A program made the position numbers and the translations under genes. A stretch of DNA of 64,000 nt from Basidiobolus meristosporus CBS 931.73 (lineage: Eukaryota; Fungi; Basidiobolomycota), in contig MCFE01000047.1 of NCBI GenBank assembly GCA_002104905.1, positions 62,001 to 126,000 of the forward strand. Direction: 5' to 3'. This document shows, piece by piece, positions 62,526 to 64,000 of this stretch. The notes beneath the pieces are model-generated. The model saw only the letters and a program-made list of their open reading frames with translations. It did not search any database and had not been told where the DNA came from. Numbering within the stretch: position 1 is the stretch's first letter; each line of letters begins with the position of its first letter.

Positions 62526-64000
62526 ATGTTACCTCCAAAGAGACGATACAGACAACAGATACAAGCAATATGCCGAGGCTCCGGCTGCTATTATTCTGAG
62601 GATGTATTTATGTCTTTGCTTTTGTGCCTCATCGCTGGAAGTAAGCCTTTGTTACTGAGAACTAGGCCAGAAGCAATTAATGACCTTGCAGAAATGCTCG
62701 AGCAAGTAAGTCTTTTCTTTGGCTAAACAGGATGCTCTTGACCCACTCTAAAGTGTATTTAGATGTCCTTGCAAGTATTTGGCCTAAATTGCGCGAGAAT
62801 TGACTGTTCACAGATCCATGCAACCAGTGATCTCTATCGAACCATGTTCAACAAGAGTAAGGACTCATTTCTACGCCCTCGTACCAATTCCTTTGCACCT
62901 GGGGTTACGGGCTTAATATCCCCTCCCGAGCCTCGAACCAGTCCGCCAACTAGCCTGTTCTCTAACAGAGACATAGCCAACAAAAACCTAATCTCTAATA
63001 GCCAAGTAGATGGCAAGAAGAACCGAAGCTTTTCGGTAGATGATCGTACGCTTGAAGAACGCAAACTATTTATAAGCTCCTTAAGGCAGCAAATACCTGT
63101 TGAGCACTTACAGAATAAACATCACCTGGAAAAACATAGGCGAAAGCAGCCCACCGTATCTTTCAGGGAATCTCACAAGGTAGGCTATTGGACGCACTAA
63201 AAGCATTCCGTGAACCTCTCATCATTCGATGGGCTAACACAGGAGCTCAAATCCCAAAAGCAAACAGAAGACGCAGAATACATACCTCTTGGACGAGTAA
63301 GTGAGCGAACCAGTAAAGAGCCAGCGTCCTTGAAACCACAGAGGAAGCCATCCATAGTGTACAATACTTCCATGTTTACACCCAAAAAACTAGCCAATAT
63401 CATCGTACTCGAGGGATTGGAGGAATCTGATGAGACCGTACAGCTCGCCATATTAGAGGTATTACTCTTCAGTCATGTGAATGCTCTTTCCTATAATAAC
63501 CAAGTGGCAGATTCTGTCGAAGGGATGGCTTGTGGATGACAGTACTGTATGCTATGTCCCAGACCCTTTCGTAATTGTATCCGTAATGCCCTTAAGCTGC
63601 GCAATGCCGAAGACAAAGCGCCTGGTATAGCATGGATTTCTCTCCGTAAGCAAAGGATCGAAAGTAACCAAACTCCTACGATAGCTAGAGATGTTTTACC
63701 TTAGTTGCGTACATGATGGAACTATGGAGGCGAAGCCCTTGATGTCGAGCAAGCGCCAGCTCGTCTTTCCTTATCAAGTAAGCACTGTCACATCTTCACT
63801 TCGCGAAATAGTCTGAAAACAATCATTCAACATAGGAAGTAAGAGATATTGCCTATCGGGCCAGAAAAGTCACTATAAGCCCAGAAATCGACCGCTACCT
63901 GCGCGATCTCTTTATCGCAATTCGTACTCACGTGAAGTTCAAGAATGGAATGAGTCCTCGGGCATCGACCGACCTCGCTTCAGCTGCTAGGTACAACTTC
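62526..64000 (+). CDS. Multi-exon MoxR/Mg-chelatase-like AAA+ family protein, 3'-truncated by the window edge
   Basis: Exons joined by GTAAGT/GTAGGC/GTATTA...AG introns. LANIIVLEGLEE..VQLAILEIL and VTISPEIDRYLRDLFIAIRTH...GMSPRASTDL resemble the AAA lid domain of the conserved fungal family. Confidence 0.65.

Overview
Eukaryotic, intron-containing and most likely fungal DNA; an early-diverging lineage such as Basidiobolus/Zoopagomycota is a guess from gene style, not something the sequence proves. The window has three zones. (1) 1-10.4 kb: the 3' part of glutamate 5-kinase (PRO1, with a 1-bp frameshift), then a tandem array of seven genes for secreted proteins made of a signal peptide, a 6-Cys CBM19-like chitin-binding module and a very acidic Asp/Gly(Glu) tail. 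One copy carries ~47 Gly-Asp-Asp triplets, one is a clear pseudogene, and a decayed PRO1 3' end lies inside the array. (2) ~10.7-59.2 kb: a ~48-kb visibly CpG-poor island of nested transposons. It holds four copia elements (two forming a near-perfect multi-kb palindrome, two sharing an LTR), a full-length decayed gypsy element, gypsy fragments, about ten solo or orphan LTRs, CACTA-type transposase relics, and a TA-targeting TIR family (DDE_Tnp_4/ISL2EU-like transposase, a foldback MITE and an unrecognised second ORF). (3) 59.3-64 kb: a multi-exon P-loop NTPase gene with a possible restriction-endonuclease-like C-terminus (Crinkler-type architecture, tentative), divergent from a MoxR/Mg-chelatase-like AAA+ gene. 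The best candidate for an undescribed system is the chitin-binding polyacid array. All alignments were made by eye; no searches were run.
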